A DNA stretch of 64,000 bases, from contig NC_086110.1 of assembly GCF_963921235.1 (NCBI RefSeq), forward strand, positions 13,702,001-13,766,000, given 5' to 3'. Within the stretch, counting starts at the first letter, position 1. Each line of letters starts with the position of its first letter. The notes under the pieces are model-generated. The model was not told the origin of the DNA. It searched no databases and worked only from the letters and a program-made list of their open reading frames with translations. This DNA is from Mobula hypostoma (Eukaryota). The position numbers and the translations under genes are program-made. Shown here one piece after another: positions 1 to 12,392 of this stretch.

Positions 1-138
1 CGGGTTTTCCCTGTCAAAAAAATTGTTTTAAAAATTCTCGCCGGTGGTGGCGAATCTCTGGATTTATTTTTCATCCTGTAAGGTTTGTGGGGACTAAACT
101 ATTGGGTCGTTCGAGGGGAAGAAAGTTCTTTTGTCTTT

Positions 139-155
139 GAATGATCGGATCTGTG
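139..155 (+). repeat. Left copy of the L1 target-site duplication (right copy 8541-8557)
   Basis: gaatgatcggatctgtg vs gaatgatcgggtctgtg, 16/17 identical, flanking the L1 start and its A-tail. Confidence 0.9.
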
Positions 156-870
156 GGGAGGACTTCAGGGTCACCAAGAGAATAGTAGCGTAGGGAAAAT
201 CTCTCGACAAAAAAGAACGTAAACTGCTCCAAAGTCGAAATTAGACAAATATTTAGTATTGTATAACTATATCAATAAAAGGGGCATGGATGGAGTCTAA
301 GTACAAGAATAAAAAGTCCGTTCAGAAGGCTGATATGTATAAACAGACGCAGCAAGACGAGGGGCCTAGCTCCACTCACGGAGAGCCAGGACGGATATAA
401 TGTGGAAGAATCGGTGAATCTGACTTTGACTCTTAGCGAAATTCGTGATTTCTGACAAGATATCAACAAACAGCTGGAAGATATTAAAGGATAAATAGGG
501 AAAACCAATCTGTGTTTAGATGAAGCCGAAGCGAGGGTTGTAGGGACTGAGGAGAGGCTGCAAAACGCAGAGGAAGTGATAGAAGAAATGCTGAAGCTAC
601 AAGAGCAGCTCCAGTGGAGGCTAATTGACCAAAAAGGTCACTCTAGAAGGGAAAATATGACGATCTAGGAGTTCCCGAAGGAGTTGAAGGTAAGCCCGGA
701 CTGGTGATTCCATTCGTGGAGAAGCTGCTTCGAGAGAACCTTGAAAGACCAGACGCAAAAGACCTACAGAGACAAAGGGCCTACCAAGCGTTGGCACCCC
801 ATCCCCCGGTTGATGCCCAGCCCAGATCGATTTTAGTCAGATTTCCCAGTTACAGAACGAAGGAAGAAGC

Positions 871-3800
871 TAGTACTACGTGACAGTGATGGTAAAAATT
901 AGAGGAGATGGCAGTTGAATGCGTGGCTGAGGAGTTGGTACAGGGAGCAGGGATTTAGATTTTTAGATCATTGGGATCTCTTCTGGGGAAGGTGGGACCT
1001 GTACAGATTGGATGGGTTGAACCTGAACTCGAGGAGGAGCAATATCCTTGCAGGTAGGTTTGCTAGCATGGTTCGGGATGGTTTAAACTAATTTGAGAGG
1101 GGGATGGGACCCAGAGCGATGGAGCAGTGAAAGAAGTGCATGCAGTAAAGCCAGATCTAACATACAGAGAGGCTTTGAGCAAAGAGAAGCAGAATAAACG
1201 GTGTAAAGACAGTAAGGTAGAAGGGCTGAAATGTGTGTACCTCAATGCAAGAAGCATCAGGAACAAAGGTGATGAAAGGTGAGCTTGGATACATACATGG
1301 AATTATGATGTAGTGGCCATTACAGAGACTTGGCTGGCACCAGGGCAGGAATGGATTCTCAGTATTCCTGGATTTCAGTGCTTTAAAATGGATAGAGAGG
1401 GCGGAAAAATGGGAGGAGGGTTGGCATTACTGGTCAGGGATACTATTACAGCTACAGAAAGGGTGGGTAATGTAGCAGGATCCTCTTTTGAGTCAATATG
1501 GGTGGAAATCAGGAACAGGAAGGGAGCAGTTACTCTACTGGGGGTATTCTATAGGCCCCCTAGTAGCAGCAGAGATACAGAGGAGCAGATTGGGAGGCAG
1601 ATTTTGGAAAGGTGCAAAAATAACAGGGCTGTATTCATGGGTGACTTTAACTTCTCTAATATTGATTGGCACCTGATTAATTCCAAGGGTTTAGATGGGG
1701 CAGAGTTCAAGTGTGTCCAGGATGGATTCCTGTCACAGTATGTGGACAGGCCGACCAGGGGGAATGCCGTACTAGATCTAGTAATAGGTAATGAACCGGG
1801 TCAGGTCACAGATTTCTCAGTGGGTGAGCATCTGGGGGACAGTGACCACCGCTCCCTGGCCTTTATAATTATCATGGAAAAGGATAGAATCAAAGAGGAC
1901 AGGAAATTTTTTAATTGGGGAAAGGCAAATTATGAGGCTATAAGGCTAGAACTTGCGGGTGTGAATTGGGATGATGTTTTTGCAGGGAAATGTACTATGG
2001 ACATGTGGTCGATGTTTAGACATCTCTTGCGGGATGTAAGGGATATATTTGTCCCGGTGAGGAAGATAAAGAATGGTAGGGTGAAGAAACCATGGGTGGC
2101 AAGTGAGGTGGAAAATCTAGTCAGGTGGAAGAAGGCAGCATACATGAGCTTTTGGAAACAAGGATCAGATGGATCATTTGAGGAATATAGGGAAGCAAGA
2201 AGGGAGCTTAAGAAGGGGCTGAGAAGAGCAAGAAGGGGGCATGAGAAGGCCTTGGCGAGTAGGGTAAAGGAAAACCCCAAGGCATTCTTAAATTATGTGA
2301 AGAAAAAAAGGATGACAGGAGTGAAGGTAGGACCGATTAGAGATAAAGGTGGGAAGATGTGCTTAGAGGCTGTGGAAGTGAGTGAGGTCCTCAATGAATA
2401 CTTCTCTTCGGTATTCACCAATGAGAGGGAACTTGATGATGGTGAGGACAATATGAGTGAGGTTGATGTTATGGAGCACGTTGATATTAAGGGAGAGGAG
2501 GTGTTGGAGTTGTTAAAATACATTAGGATGGATAAGTCCCCGGGGCCTGACGGAATATTCCCCAGGCTGCTCCACGAGGCGAGAGAAGAGATTGCTGAGC
2601 CTCTGGCTAGGATCTTTATGTCCTCGTTGTCCACGGGAATGGTACCGGAGGATTGGAGGGAGGCGAATGTTGTTCCCTTGTTCAAAAAAGGTAGTAGGGA
2701 TAGTCCGGGTAATTATAGACCAGTGAACCTTACGTCTGTGGTGGGAAAGCTGCTGGAAAAGATTCTTAGAGATAGAATCTATAGGCATTTAGAGAATCAT
2801 GGTCTGATCAAGGACAGTTAACATGGCTTTGTGAAGGGCAGATAATGTCTAACAAGCCTGATAGAGTTCTTTGAGGAGGTGACCAGGCATATAGATGAGG
2901 GTAGTGTAGTGGATGTGATCTATATGGAGTTTAGTAAGGCATTTGACAACGTTCCACACGGTAAGCTTATTCAGAAAGTTAGAAGGCATGGGATCCAGCA
3001 AAGTTTGGCCAGGTGGATTCAGAATTGGCTTGCCTGCAGAAGGCAGAATGTGGTGGTGGAGAGAGTACATTCAAATTGGAGGATTGTGACTAGTGGTGTC
3101 CCACAAGGATCTGTTCTGGGACCTCTACTTTTCGTGATTTCCATTAACGACCTGGATGTGGGGGTAGAAGGGTGGATTGGCAAGTTTGCAGACAACACAA
3201 AGGTTGGTGGTGTTGTAGATAGTGTAGAGGATTGTCAAAGATTGCAGAGAGACATTGATAGGATGCAGAAGTGGGCTGAGAAGTGGCAGCTGGAGTTCAA
3301 CCCGGAGAAGTGTGAGGTGGTACACTTTGGAAGGACAAACTGCAAAGCAGAGTACAAAGTAAATGGCAGGATACTTGGTAATGTGGAGGAGCAGAGAGAT
3401 CTCGGGGTACGTGCCCACTGATCCCTGAAAGTTGCCTCACAGGTGGATAGGGTAGTTAAGAAAGCTTATGGAGTGTTAGCTTTCATAAGTCGAGGGACAG
3501 AGTTTAAGAGTCGCGATGTAATGATGCAGCTCTATTAAACTCTGGTTAGGCCACACTTGGAGTACTCTGTCCAGTTCTGGTCACCTCACTATAGGAAGGA
3601 TGTGGAAGCATTGGAAATGGTAGAGAGGAGATTTACCAGGATGCTGCCTGGTTTAGAAAGTATGCATTATGATCAGAGATTAAGGGAGTTAAGACTTTAC
3701 TCTTTGGAGAGAAGGAGGATGAGAGGAGATATGATAGATGTGTACAAGATAATAAGAGGAATAGATAGAGTGGCTAGTCAACGCCTCTTCCTCAGGGCAC

Positions 3801-4088
3801 CACTGCTCAATACAAGAGGACATGGCTTTAAGGTAAGGGGTGGGAAGTTCAAGGGGGATATTGCAGGAAGGTTTTTTACTCAGAGAGTGGTTGGTGCGTG
3901 GAAAGCACTGCCTGAGTCAGTGGTGGAGGTAGATACACTAGAGAAGTTTAAGAGACTACTAGACAGGTATATGGAGGAATCTAAGGTGGGGGCTTATATG
4001 GGAGGCATGGTTTGAGGGTCGGCACAACATTGTGGGCCGAAGGGCCTCTACTGTGCTGTACTATTCTATGCTCTATGCTCTATGCTCT
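871..4088 (+). mobile_element. 5'-truncated CR1 LINE (ORF1 end, endonuclease and RT) inserted in L1 ORF1
   Basis: ORFs 1313-2821, 2879-3421 and 3557-4015 carry AITETWL, GDFNF, KSPGPDG, SGVPQGSVLGP and FADNTK. (ctatgct)n tail. AAGC repeated at 867-870 and 4089-4092, and removing the insert rejoins the L1 reading EEALKL. Confidence 0.95.
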
Positions 4089-5003
4089 AAGCGCTTAAAC
4101 TGGCATGACAAAATAAAGGCTTTACGTGGAACATCTGTAAAATAAGTTTAGACCACGTTTACACACCGGGCATCCTTGCCAGACGGAAGGGATACGCGGA
4201 AACACGGAGGATCCTGAAGGGAAACAACATCAGATTTCAGGCCCTGTATCCAGCTCGGCTAAGAGTCTTTAACGACGAAGGGACAAAAAGCTATGCTACA
4301 GTGGAGGAGGCAACGATGGATTTGGCGGTTCGGGGCTACCCATAGAAGTTATCACCCAAGCGGAGTCGTTACTGGAGTAGATTGCGCTGTGGACATGGCA
4401 GCCAGGGCGGCGAGGACGCTCCATTCGAACCACAGTGCCAAGCTATAAGGAAAAGCTGGCAGTATTCAGACGCGAACGTACAGAGAGTACACAGAACGTA
4501 CAGAAAATCAGCATATAAATTACATAAACAACAAGCATACAATACAATTCATAGAATAAAGAATTCAAAAACAAAGCTTGTGGAGAATACAATAGGGAAA
4601 ATTCAAGAGAGTTTTGAAACATATTATCGAGCGCTGTACTCTCAACCCCGAGCCTCCAATGAGCCCCATATAGACACTTTCCTGAATTCTCTTGATCCAC
4701 CCAAGCTCACGGATTTACAAAATGCATGCCTATTAGAACCAATAACTGCCAAAGAACTGAAAGCGGCCATCTCTAGATTAAAGACCGGAAAGTCTCCAGG
4801 CTCAGATGGGTTTACCTCAGAGTGGTACAAATCGCTGAAGTCACAGCTAGTTTCATTATTACTCAACACCTTTAATTGGATCTTACAGAGAGGAGAAATT
4901 CCACTTTCCTGGAGAGAGACGATTATCTCAGTTATTCCTAAAGACGGGAAAGATAAACTAGAACGTGGAACCGGCGAATCAGTGCTCTTAATTTGGACTA
5001 GGT

Positions 5004-5633
5004 TGTGATGGAAATGAGACAGATTCCTTGGGTCGCAAAGGCCAAGAATTCCGGACACACAGCTTTTACAATAAGGAGTTTATTTACAAGGGGAGAGGAG
5101 ATTGGGAACAACAAAAGCGGCTGCAATATTCGCACAAACGCGCTTAGAATAGACGAACGTGGGAAAAGTCGGGTTGGCAGTACAATACACGGGAAAATGG
5201 TGTGGGGAGAGAGTACAGGTACATATAAAAGTAAGAGAAAAGTAACTACGAAACCTGTCACCCCTTGGCTACGGGCAGGCAGGGCTCTCTGCTACAGTGA
5301 CAACAATAAACTCTCCCAAAACTCTATTCAATTCACAGCTCACCACATGTCCCCAGCGCTATTCTGCAGTCTTCAGTAGGAGGGGGTCTCTCGAGGATGG
5401 CAAAAAAGAGAGCGATCCAAGCACATGTAGCACCCTTCATAGGTCAGGAGCTGGAGGATCTACCCGAGGTGTTTCACCGGGGGGGGGGGGTGGCAACGAC
5501 TTGGTGCTAAACGGGTTAATACAATTAAGGTGGCCAATGTTTAGGTGTGTATTGATTATTTGGGAGGGGTGAAATGTTGACTGGCATGTGGTGTGCCTTC
5601 CGACCAGGTAGAGGGCGGTGCTGAGCCGTGACA
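5004..5633. mobile_element. Solo-LTR-like TG...CA element inserted in L1 RT
   Basis: Begins TGTGATGG and ends CCGTGACA (6/8 inverted-terminal match). Interrupts L1 ORF2 at the ISALNLD/DYKLF region. AATAAA occurs on both strands. No clean TSD. Confidence 0.5.
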
Positions 5634-7381
5634 GGCACGGCTCTCTGGATACAGACTACAAATTATTTACATCTATATTAACGTGTAGACTGTACAAGCT
5701 TCTACCTGGCCTCGTCCACTTAGACCAGACTGGATTCATGCAGCAAAAAAAAAATCAGGACATCATAAGGAGAAATATACACCAACTGGAACAGATTATT
5801 AAGAACGGGACACAGAAATTGATAGTGGGATTAGACGCTGAGAAAGCTTCTGATTCAGTTAGTTGGGTATTTACAGACTGTTAGGAAGATTCGGCTTTCA
5901 AGGAAGTTTATTAAAGTAATCCAGACTTTATATGACAGCCCTGCAGCTCGAATTAAGATAAATGGGGACCTATCTGACTCTTTTGTTTTAGAGAGAGGAA
6001 CTAGACAGGGATGCCCAATTTCTCATCTCTATTTTGCACTAAACATTGAACCTCTTGCCCAACTAATAAGACAGAGCGAAATTGTAAATGGTATCAAGGT
6101 GGCAGGGATTGAAAAGAAGATGGCGCTATTCGCAGATGGCGTTTTAGTCTATTTGAGTGAACCAGAAAAATCATTTAGAGGATTGTTTACACTGTTGGAT
6201 GTGTTCGGGAAAATATCAAGTTATACAATTAATGTAAAGAAAACACAGGTTTTGTCCTTAAATTATACAGCATCCAAAATACTGCAGGATACATATGATC
6301 TTAAGTGGGAAGCTAAATCATTAAAATATTTAGGAATAACCCTGCCAAAAGATCTTTCAACATTGTCACAGGTAAATTAATTTCAGAAATAAAGCAGGTA
6401 TACATAGGTGGAATCTTATACCCTTTTTATGTTTAATTCAAGGATAAATACCATAAAATGAATATTCTCACTCGGCTACTTTACCTTTTCCGGATTTTAC
6501 CTGTGGAGGTGGACGGTAATCAATTCAGAGAATGGGACAAATGGATTTCCCGCTTTATCTGGCAAGGGAAAAAACCTAGAATCCGATTTAACACCTTACA
6601 GTTAGGAAAGGAAGGACGAGGTATGGCATTTCCTTGTTTGAGAATTTTTTTTTTGTGCTTCACAGATAACCCCTCCGTTATATTCGTGCAATAGGGTATA
6701 TAAGGCCAGATGGAAGAAAATAGAATTTGGATTGTTTAGCAGCTTTCCTCTACAAGCCTCAATAGCAGACAAAGGATTGATGGCCCAATTGGAAAAGATT
6801 AAAAACAGCTGGATAAATTTCATATTGGAAGTATGGCAGAAAGTGGCTAATTCATGTGGAATCAATAACATGTCAAACCTTTTCAGATAGTTTGCTTATG
6901 ATACCGAATTTCCTCCCAACAGTGGAGATAAAAGATTTGAACTGTGGATCAAGAAAGGTCTTACAACCTACCTCTCATTCACGCAAAAAAATTGCATTAC
7001 AAAGTTTTCAATCCCTGCAGGACAAACATGGCCTGGAACAGAATTACTTTTCAGGTACCTTCAAGTACGACATCATATAAACCAGAGTTGTAGATATACA
7101 GACTTATCAACAGTAGAATTAGAATTTTTCAAGATTCACAATTCGACTTACAATTCAATACTAAGCAAATCAGCTTCTCGATTATATAATGCCCTCTCTC
7201 ATGCCAAAAAAAGGAAATACATTGTATATTAAAGAGAAGTGGGAGAAAATAGCAGGGTCGGTACTTTCAGAGGAGGCTGGGGGAAAACTATGCAGCTTCC
7301 AGTGGTCTTCGACTAACTCTTTGATTTGGAGAGAACATTGTTGGAAAAATATTATAAGATACTTCAAGACGCCATACCAGA

Positions 7382-7690
7382 AATAAAATATAATGTACTG
7401 GGTGGGCACAGGAATACATTCAGCCAGAGTCTCATTCCACCGAGATGCAGCACAGAGCGTAATAGGAAGACATTCCTGCCTGTGGCCATCAAACTTTACG
7501 ACTCCTCCCTTGGAGGGGCAGACACCGCGAGCCAATAGCCTGTCCCGGACTTTTTTCATAATTTACTGGGATAATTTACATATTACTATTGGACTATTTA
7601 TAGTTCTATTACTATTTAGTATTTATGGTGCAACTGTAACGAAAACCAATTTCCCCCGCGATCAATAAAGTATGACTATGACTATTATGA
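7382..7690 (+). mobile_element. Rex1/Babar-like LINE 3' fragment nested in L1
   Basis: Translates as SLIPPRCSTERNRKTFLPVAIKLYDS, typical of the Rex1 C-terminus. AATAAA is followed by a (tatgac)n tail, and the L1 reading resumes after it. Confidence 0.75.
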
Positions 7691-9629
7691 GCAATATAAA
7701 GACAGAAATGTGCCGTGTTGAAGAAAGTGTGGCTCCAAGGAGGCAAATCATTTCCATATTTTTTAGGATTGCCCTAAATTAAGTTTATATTGTGAAGGTA
7801 TTCACAGAACATTAGTTAAGGTATTTAAGTCTCAGATAACTCTGATAATTGAGAATCTCTATGTGGGGCATGTATTGTTTTTTGGAACACAAGAAAGATA
7901 TAAAGCTGCTGCAGGCCCTTTTAAAGGCAAGTAAGAAATCAATCGCCAGAAAGTGGTTAAATCCAACATCACCTACATTAGAAGATTGGCATGAAATCAT
8001 TTTGGAAATATTTAACATGGAAAAGATGACCTAATCACAGAGAATTCAAAAGAAAAAAAATCAAGTTTGCAATAAATGGATTGAATTTATAACCACTGAG
8101 CGAGCAGACTTTAGATGACTCTCCTTATGGTTTATACTGTTTGACTCAGCAACATAGTAATAATGTTAACGTAAAGACCCTTCACACAAATGTTTACTGA
8201 TATTTTTTTTTTGGAAAATGTGGAATTAACACAAGTAAAGAAAAGATCTGGGGAAATTTTGGACCAGAAGAGACACATGGAAATTAGTATTCAAACTCCA
8301 TTATTAATATTTTATAACAACTATTATCATTATTTAGATTAATAAAGTGGAATTACAATTCAATATTTGATTGCCTAATTATTTTCTATATGATTTCAAT
8401 GTGCACTTGTGAATGTACATATTAAAATAGATTTACTCATATAAAAAATGGAAAAGGTTATATATGAAAAAAAAGTTTGTGTATTACTTGTGAATACCTT
8501 ATCCAAATAAAAATAAAAGAACAAAAAAGAAAAAAAGACGGAATGATCGGGTCTGTGCAATAGACCGGAAGAGTAGATTCCGACTGAGCATTTCAGACAT
8601 TATCACCTTGAACGGCCGGGCAGTAGACAGGGACGGAATGGCTTATTGCTGTTCTTTTCTTAATTTTCTTTCTTTTATTTTATTTTATGACAATTTTCTC
8701 TAATGAATCAGAAAAAGAACCGTTTATCTTGCCAATTGTTACACGTGATATCCATCTTTGAAGAATGCAAGAAACGAAACGCAGCGCTGCTCTAGCCTGC
8801 ACTCATCGATAATCTATAGCTCTGAACCGCAACTGGATTCTCAGCTTCACAGCTTCTTTGATGTATTTACATCTGCGTATAATGTATGTTTGCTTTGATC
8901 TTTGGATGCCGGTGCGTATTTCGAATCGGGAATCTGCAGAGTGACGTAAGTCAGTTTGTCAGATCCACTTCCAGTAGTCTGTGAAAATAATGCAAAATCA
9001 GTGGTTAGTCGAGCACCTAGTGACCAGTTGAATCACACGATTGTAAAATAATTTAGAGATGTACTCATAAGTAATGAACTTTAGTTTGCTTGCACTTTAT
9101 GCACAATTTATGTCAACGTTGTTTCAAGATTTCACTTTATGATTTATATATTAGAGGTTCTTTCCTTACTTAAAAAGGACTTTAACCAAATCAAGTTAGG
9201 AGAGCAAAGAAATTCTTGAAGTAGCAGTAATGGTACAAACTAACTGGCTAACTTATAATAACATCGCATATTCTGTCATTTGAGTCTGATTACCGCATCC
9301 TATTTCATCTCTAGAGATCACAGGTGTTTACTCAGCTACACCTGCCAACGCAGTTCCAAATGCACATGGGCGTTGTCAGCAGTGGACAGCGCATAACTGA
9401 TAGAGTGAACGTTGGCACTTTGTTCAGTCAGGCTCTCTGATTACAGTTTTGTAACAATTCTGTATTTCCGGTAGTTCAGTTCTCCTCGGTTATTTTCAGA
9501 CACTCGTCTTTATTATGGAGCTGATAATGGGCGTTGGGAAGGATGACATTCCCAGTTTCGTGCTTTTTGGCGTTTCCTCATGTGCAAATTATATGTGAAA
9601 TTAAAATCGTAAAAGCAAGGAAAAAGTAA

Positions 9630-10800
9630 TCTCTAGAGATTCTGCAGATGCTGGAAATCTTGAATACTGCAAACAACATACTGAAGGAAATCATTAGGTA
9701 GGGCAACATGCAAGTAGGTAAATAAATTGGCGGTTGTTTCTGGCAAAGACGCTTTATCAGGATTGGAAAAGAGGGACAGAACCTAAATTATAAAGGTGTG
9801 GTGGGGATGCGGGAAAACTAGCAGGTGACAGGTGAAACCAGGTAAATGCTAAGGTATGTGGATGATTGGTGAAAGAATGACGTAAGAAGCTGGGAGGTGA
9901 CGGGTGGAAAAGGTAAACCGTATGTAAGGGGTTTCTCCTTTATGTTACTGTTTAGGCTAATCAAAATGGTTCCTTTGTTATGTTACTGCTGAGAAAGTGC
10001 TTCTCTCTCTCTCGCAGCTTGTTTGGGTTGTAAAGAGAATTGTATTCATTTGCTAACCAATTGGGATAGATGCTATTCTTTCTTGTGTGTACGTAAGCTA
10101 TTGTTTCGCGGACTTTGGGCGAGACTGCGCGTGGAGACAGAGACAGGAGACGCGATGTTGTAAATTGGGCGGCGGGACTGACCCCGAGCAGGAGTCCGAG
10201 GCCCAGGGTCTTCGGCGAGGAGAGGAGACGAAGACAGACTCGCGTGGAGCATCTGGTCGCCACCGTGGTTGGCCCCAGGCGGTGGGTCGAGGAGGTCGGG
10301 GAGGATTGAATGGTGGGAAGAAGACTACCTTAACCGAGCTCCGACTGTTGCGCACGAAGCAGTTGAGCTTTGGTAAGTTTGGCGCCTTTTACTTTCATTT
10401 TATGTTTTATTTCTATTAATTACATAGTTCCAGTAACATCTATAAAGTGTAATCAGTTAATCACATATGGTGTATGGTCTGTTATTTGGCGGGGTGGGGT
10501 ACATCACACAGCATCCACACAAACTAGATTACCCAGTTTGGTGGGGCCGAAGGCTGCTCTCCCTAGACGAGAGCGAGCTCAGCGAGCCTAAGGCTTGCCA
10601 GGAGGCTACACGTGTCTGAAGGAATCGGATACGGGAGGACTGTGGTCCCTGCAAATCAAAAGAAGAAGGAGCCCGAGGGTGGGGACGACCTGATGGGTAG
10701 ATGACGAGAAGAGAAAAGGGTAAATGGAGAATGAAAGAAAAAGAACGGAACGATAGGGAAATTCCCAAAGGTTAGAGAAATCGACGTTTATGCCTTCAGG
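9630..10800 (-). repeat. Degenerate purine-rich Penelope-type repeat interrupted by a solo LTR
   Basis: ttctgcagatgctggaaatc start, purine-rich body, and a minus-strand CTGATAA...GAAAC core at 9736-9762. Family assignment is from recollection of this repeat type. Confidence 0.45.
9923..10610 (+). mobile_element. Solo LTR (probably Gypsy or ERV)
   Basis: TGTAAGGGG...GGCTACA termini. Flanks CGTA and CGTG form a 4-bp TSD with one mismatch. No coding capacity. Confidence 0.7.
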
Positions 10801-10913
10801 TTTGAGTCTCCCGAGATAGAAGAAAATATTATGCTTTTACCAGAATATTAAATTGTATAAGGCGATACTTTTCACTGAAAGGGGATTAGCTACGACGCGT
10901 TTTATATTTTGTT

Positions 10914-11410
10914 ACCACAAGACCACAAGACAAAGGAGCAGAAGTTGGCCATTCGGCCCATCGACTCTGCTCCGCCATTTTATCATGAGCTGATCCATTC
11001 TCCCATTTAGTCCCACTCCCCCACCTTCTCACCATAACCTTTGATGCCCTGTCTACTCAGATACCTATCAATCTCTGCCTTAAATACACCCAATGATTTG
11101 GCCTCCACTGCTGCCCGTGGCAACAAATTCCATAGATTCACCACCCTCTGACTAAAATAATTTCTTCGCATTTCTGTTCTGAATGGGCGCCCTTCAATCC
11201 TTAAGTCATGCCCTCTCATACTAGACTCCCCCATCATGGGAAACAACTTTGCCACATCCACTCTGTCCATGCCTTTCAGCGTTCAAAATGTTTCTATGAG
11301 GTCTCCCCTCATTCTTCTAAACTCCAAGGAATACAGTCCAAGAGCAGACAAACGTTCCTCATATGTTAACCCTCTCATTCCCGGAATCATTCCAGTGAAT
11401 CTTCTCTGTA
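10914..11410 (-). mobile_element. CR1 3' fragment
   Basis: Minus ORF 11007-11270 (FPMMGESSMRGHDLRIEGRPFRTEMRRNYFSQRVVNLWN) and a (cttgtggt)n-type tail. Confidence 0.9.
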
Positions 11411-11490
11411 TTTTGTTACAGTGTCAATGGTATGCTTAAGTTTGTAAAATTAACTTCCTCTTGGATGATGATTTTATATATAAACCCTTT

Positions 11491-11615
11491 GGGGTACTTC
11501 GGTTTCCTCCCAGGTTCCAAAGTCTTACAGGTTAGGAGGTCAATTGGTCACGTAAGTGTTACTGAGCAGCATGGACTAATTGTACCGGAGAGCCTGCAAC
11601 CGTGCTATATCTCTG
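11491..11615 (+). mobile_element. SINE fragment (V-SINE/HE1-like core)
   Basis: gggtacttcggtttcctcccaggttccaaag core. A related copy lies on the minus strand at 40831-40960. Confidence 0.55.
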
Positions 11616-12257
11616 ATGTAAGTCTATATCATAATCATACTAATCTCCTTGCTTTACCTGGGAATAGATAACGTGCTCCTCCGGTTGTCGATCTTTGCGA
11701 AATCGTTTGCTGACGCTGTGGTTTAGTGAAGCGTAGGCAGTGGTGTGCTCAACCGGTGCTTGTTCAGCCTGTTAGAAAAACATATTTAGTACAGCTAACT
11801 GAGACAGAACTCAGTGATCATAAACTAAATTAGAGTTCTAAAACATAACACCAAGGATAAAAAAAAATTGTTTGAAAAACATTTTGTCTGCGCACAATTA
11901 TACTCTCCGTACATTATACCGAAGGTGAGATCTCGACCGTTTCAGGCTTGGAAATCGCTATGTTTAGATTTTCAGAACACCGCTTATAACAGTCCTAGGG
12001 ATAGGATGGTGTTCTCAGTTCTGGCCATCTCTGTTTTTTTTTTCCATCTCCTAAATTCTATCTCTTACATCGCTCTAAATTCTGTGCACGGGCACAGGCC
12101 TATCTCGGCACAGGATCTATCTTTTACGCATGCGTCGCATTATTGTACTCATTGTCCTGATCAGAATTCGTCTGAAACTGTGACCGTTACCGCTCATATT
12201 ATTTAAATTAAGGATATTGGAGCAAATGGCAAGTCCTGATGCTAAGTGTCGCTTAAC

Positions 12258-12392
12258 TCAAGCCCGTAACACGGGAGCGGCATCCTGCACTTCTGTTGAT
12301 TTGATTGGTTTTCCTGGTGAATCACTTAAATTGCGATCGGAGTAGGTAGAGCCATTGGACGTGGTCGTTGCAGTAAATGATAAAAATGGTAA
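12258..12392 (-). CDS. Candidate terminal exon of the VJ-C1 gene
   Basis: A phase-0 AG at 12394-12393 opens LPFLSFTATTTSNGSTYSDRNLSDSPGKPIKSTEVQDAAPVLRA*. The acceptor is weak and no homology was recognised. Confidence 0.3.
   Translation of the reverse strand, partial: LPFLSFTATTTSNGSTYSDRNLSDSPGKPIKSTEVQDAAPVLRA

Larger units (their letters stand above)
156..8540 (+). mobile_element. Full-span but decayed L1-clade LINE interrupted by three nested insertions
   Basis: ORF1 remnants at about 290-870 and 4093-4400 (RRILKGNNIRFQALYPARLRV). ORF2 remnants include KSPGSDGFTSEWYK, DYKLFTSIL, GLDAEKASD and LFADGVLVYL, plus a C-terminal zinc-knuckle-like stretch near 7700-7760. A-rich tail at about 8505-8540. 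The endonuclease region is largely deleted near 4430. Confidence 0.9.

Noticed and set aside
1313-2821. 502-aa ORF as a host gene
   Set aside because: It is CR1 ORF2, broken by a stop and frameshifts downstream.
9736-9762. Hammerhead-ribozyme-like core in Penelope-type repeats (also 15617-15645)
   Set aside because: The conserved CTGATGA and GAAA cores are mutated and stem II is broken, so these are inactive relics at best.
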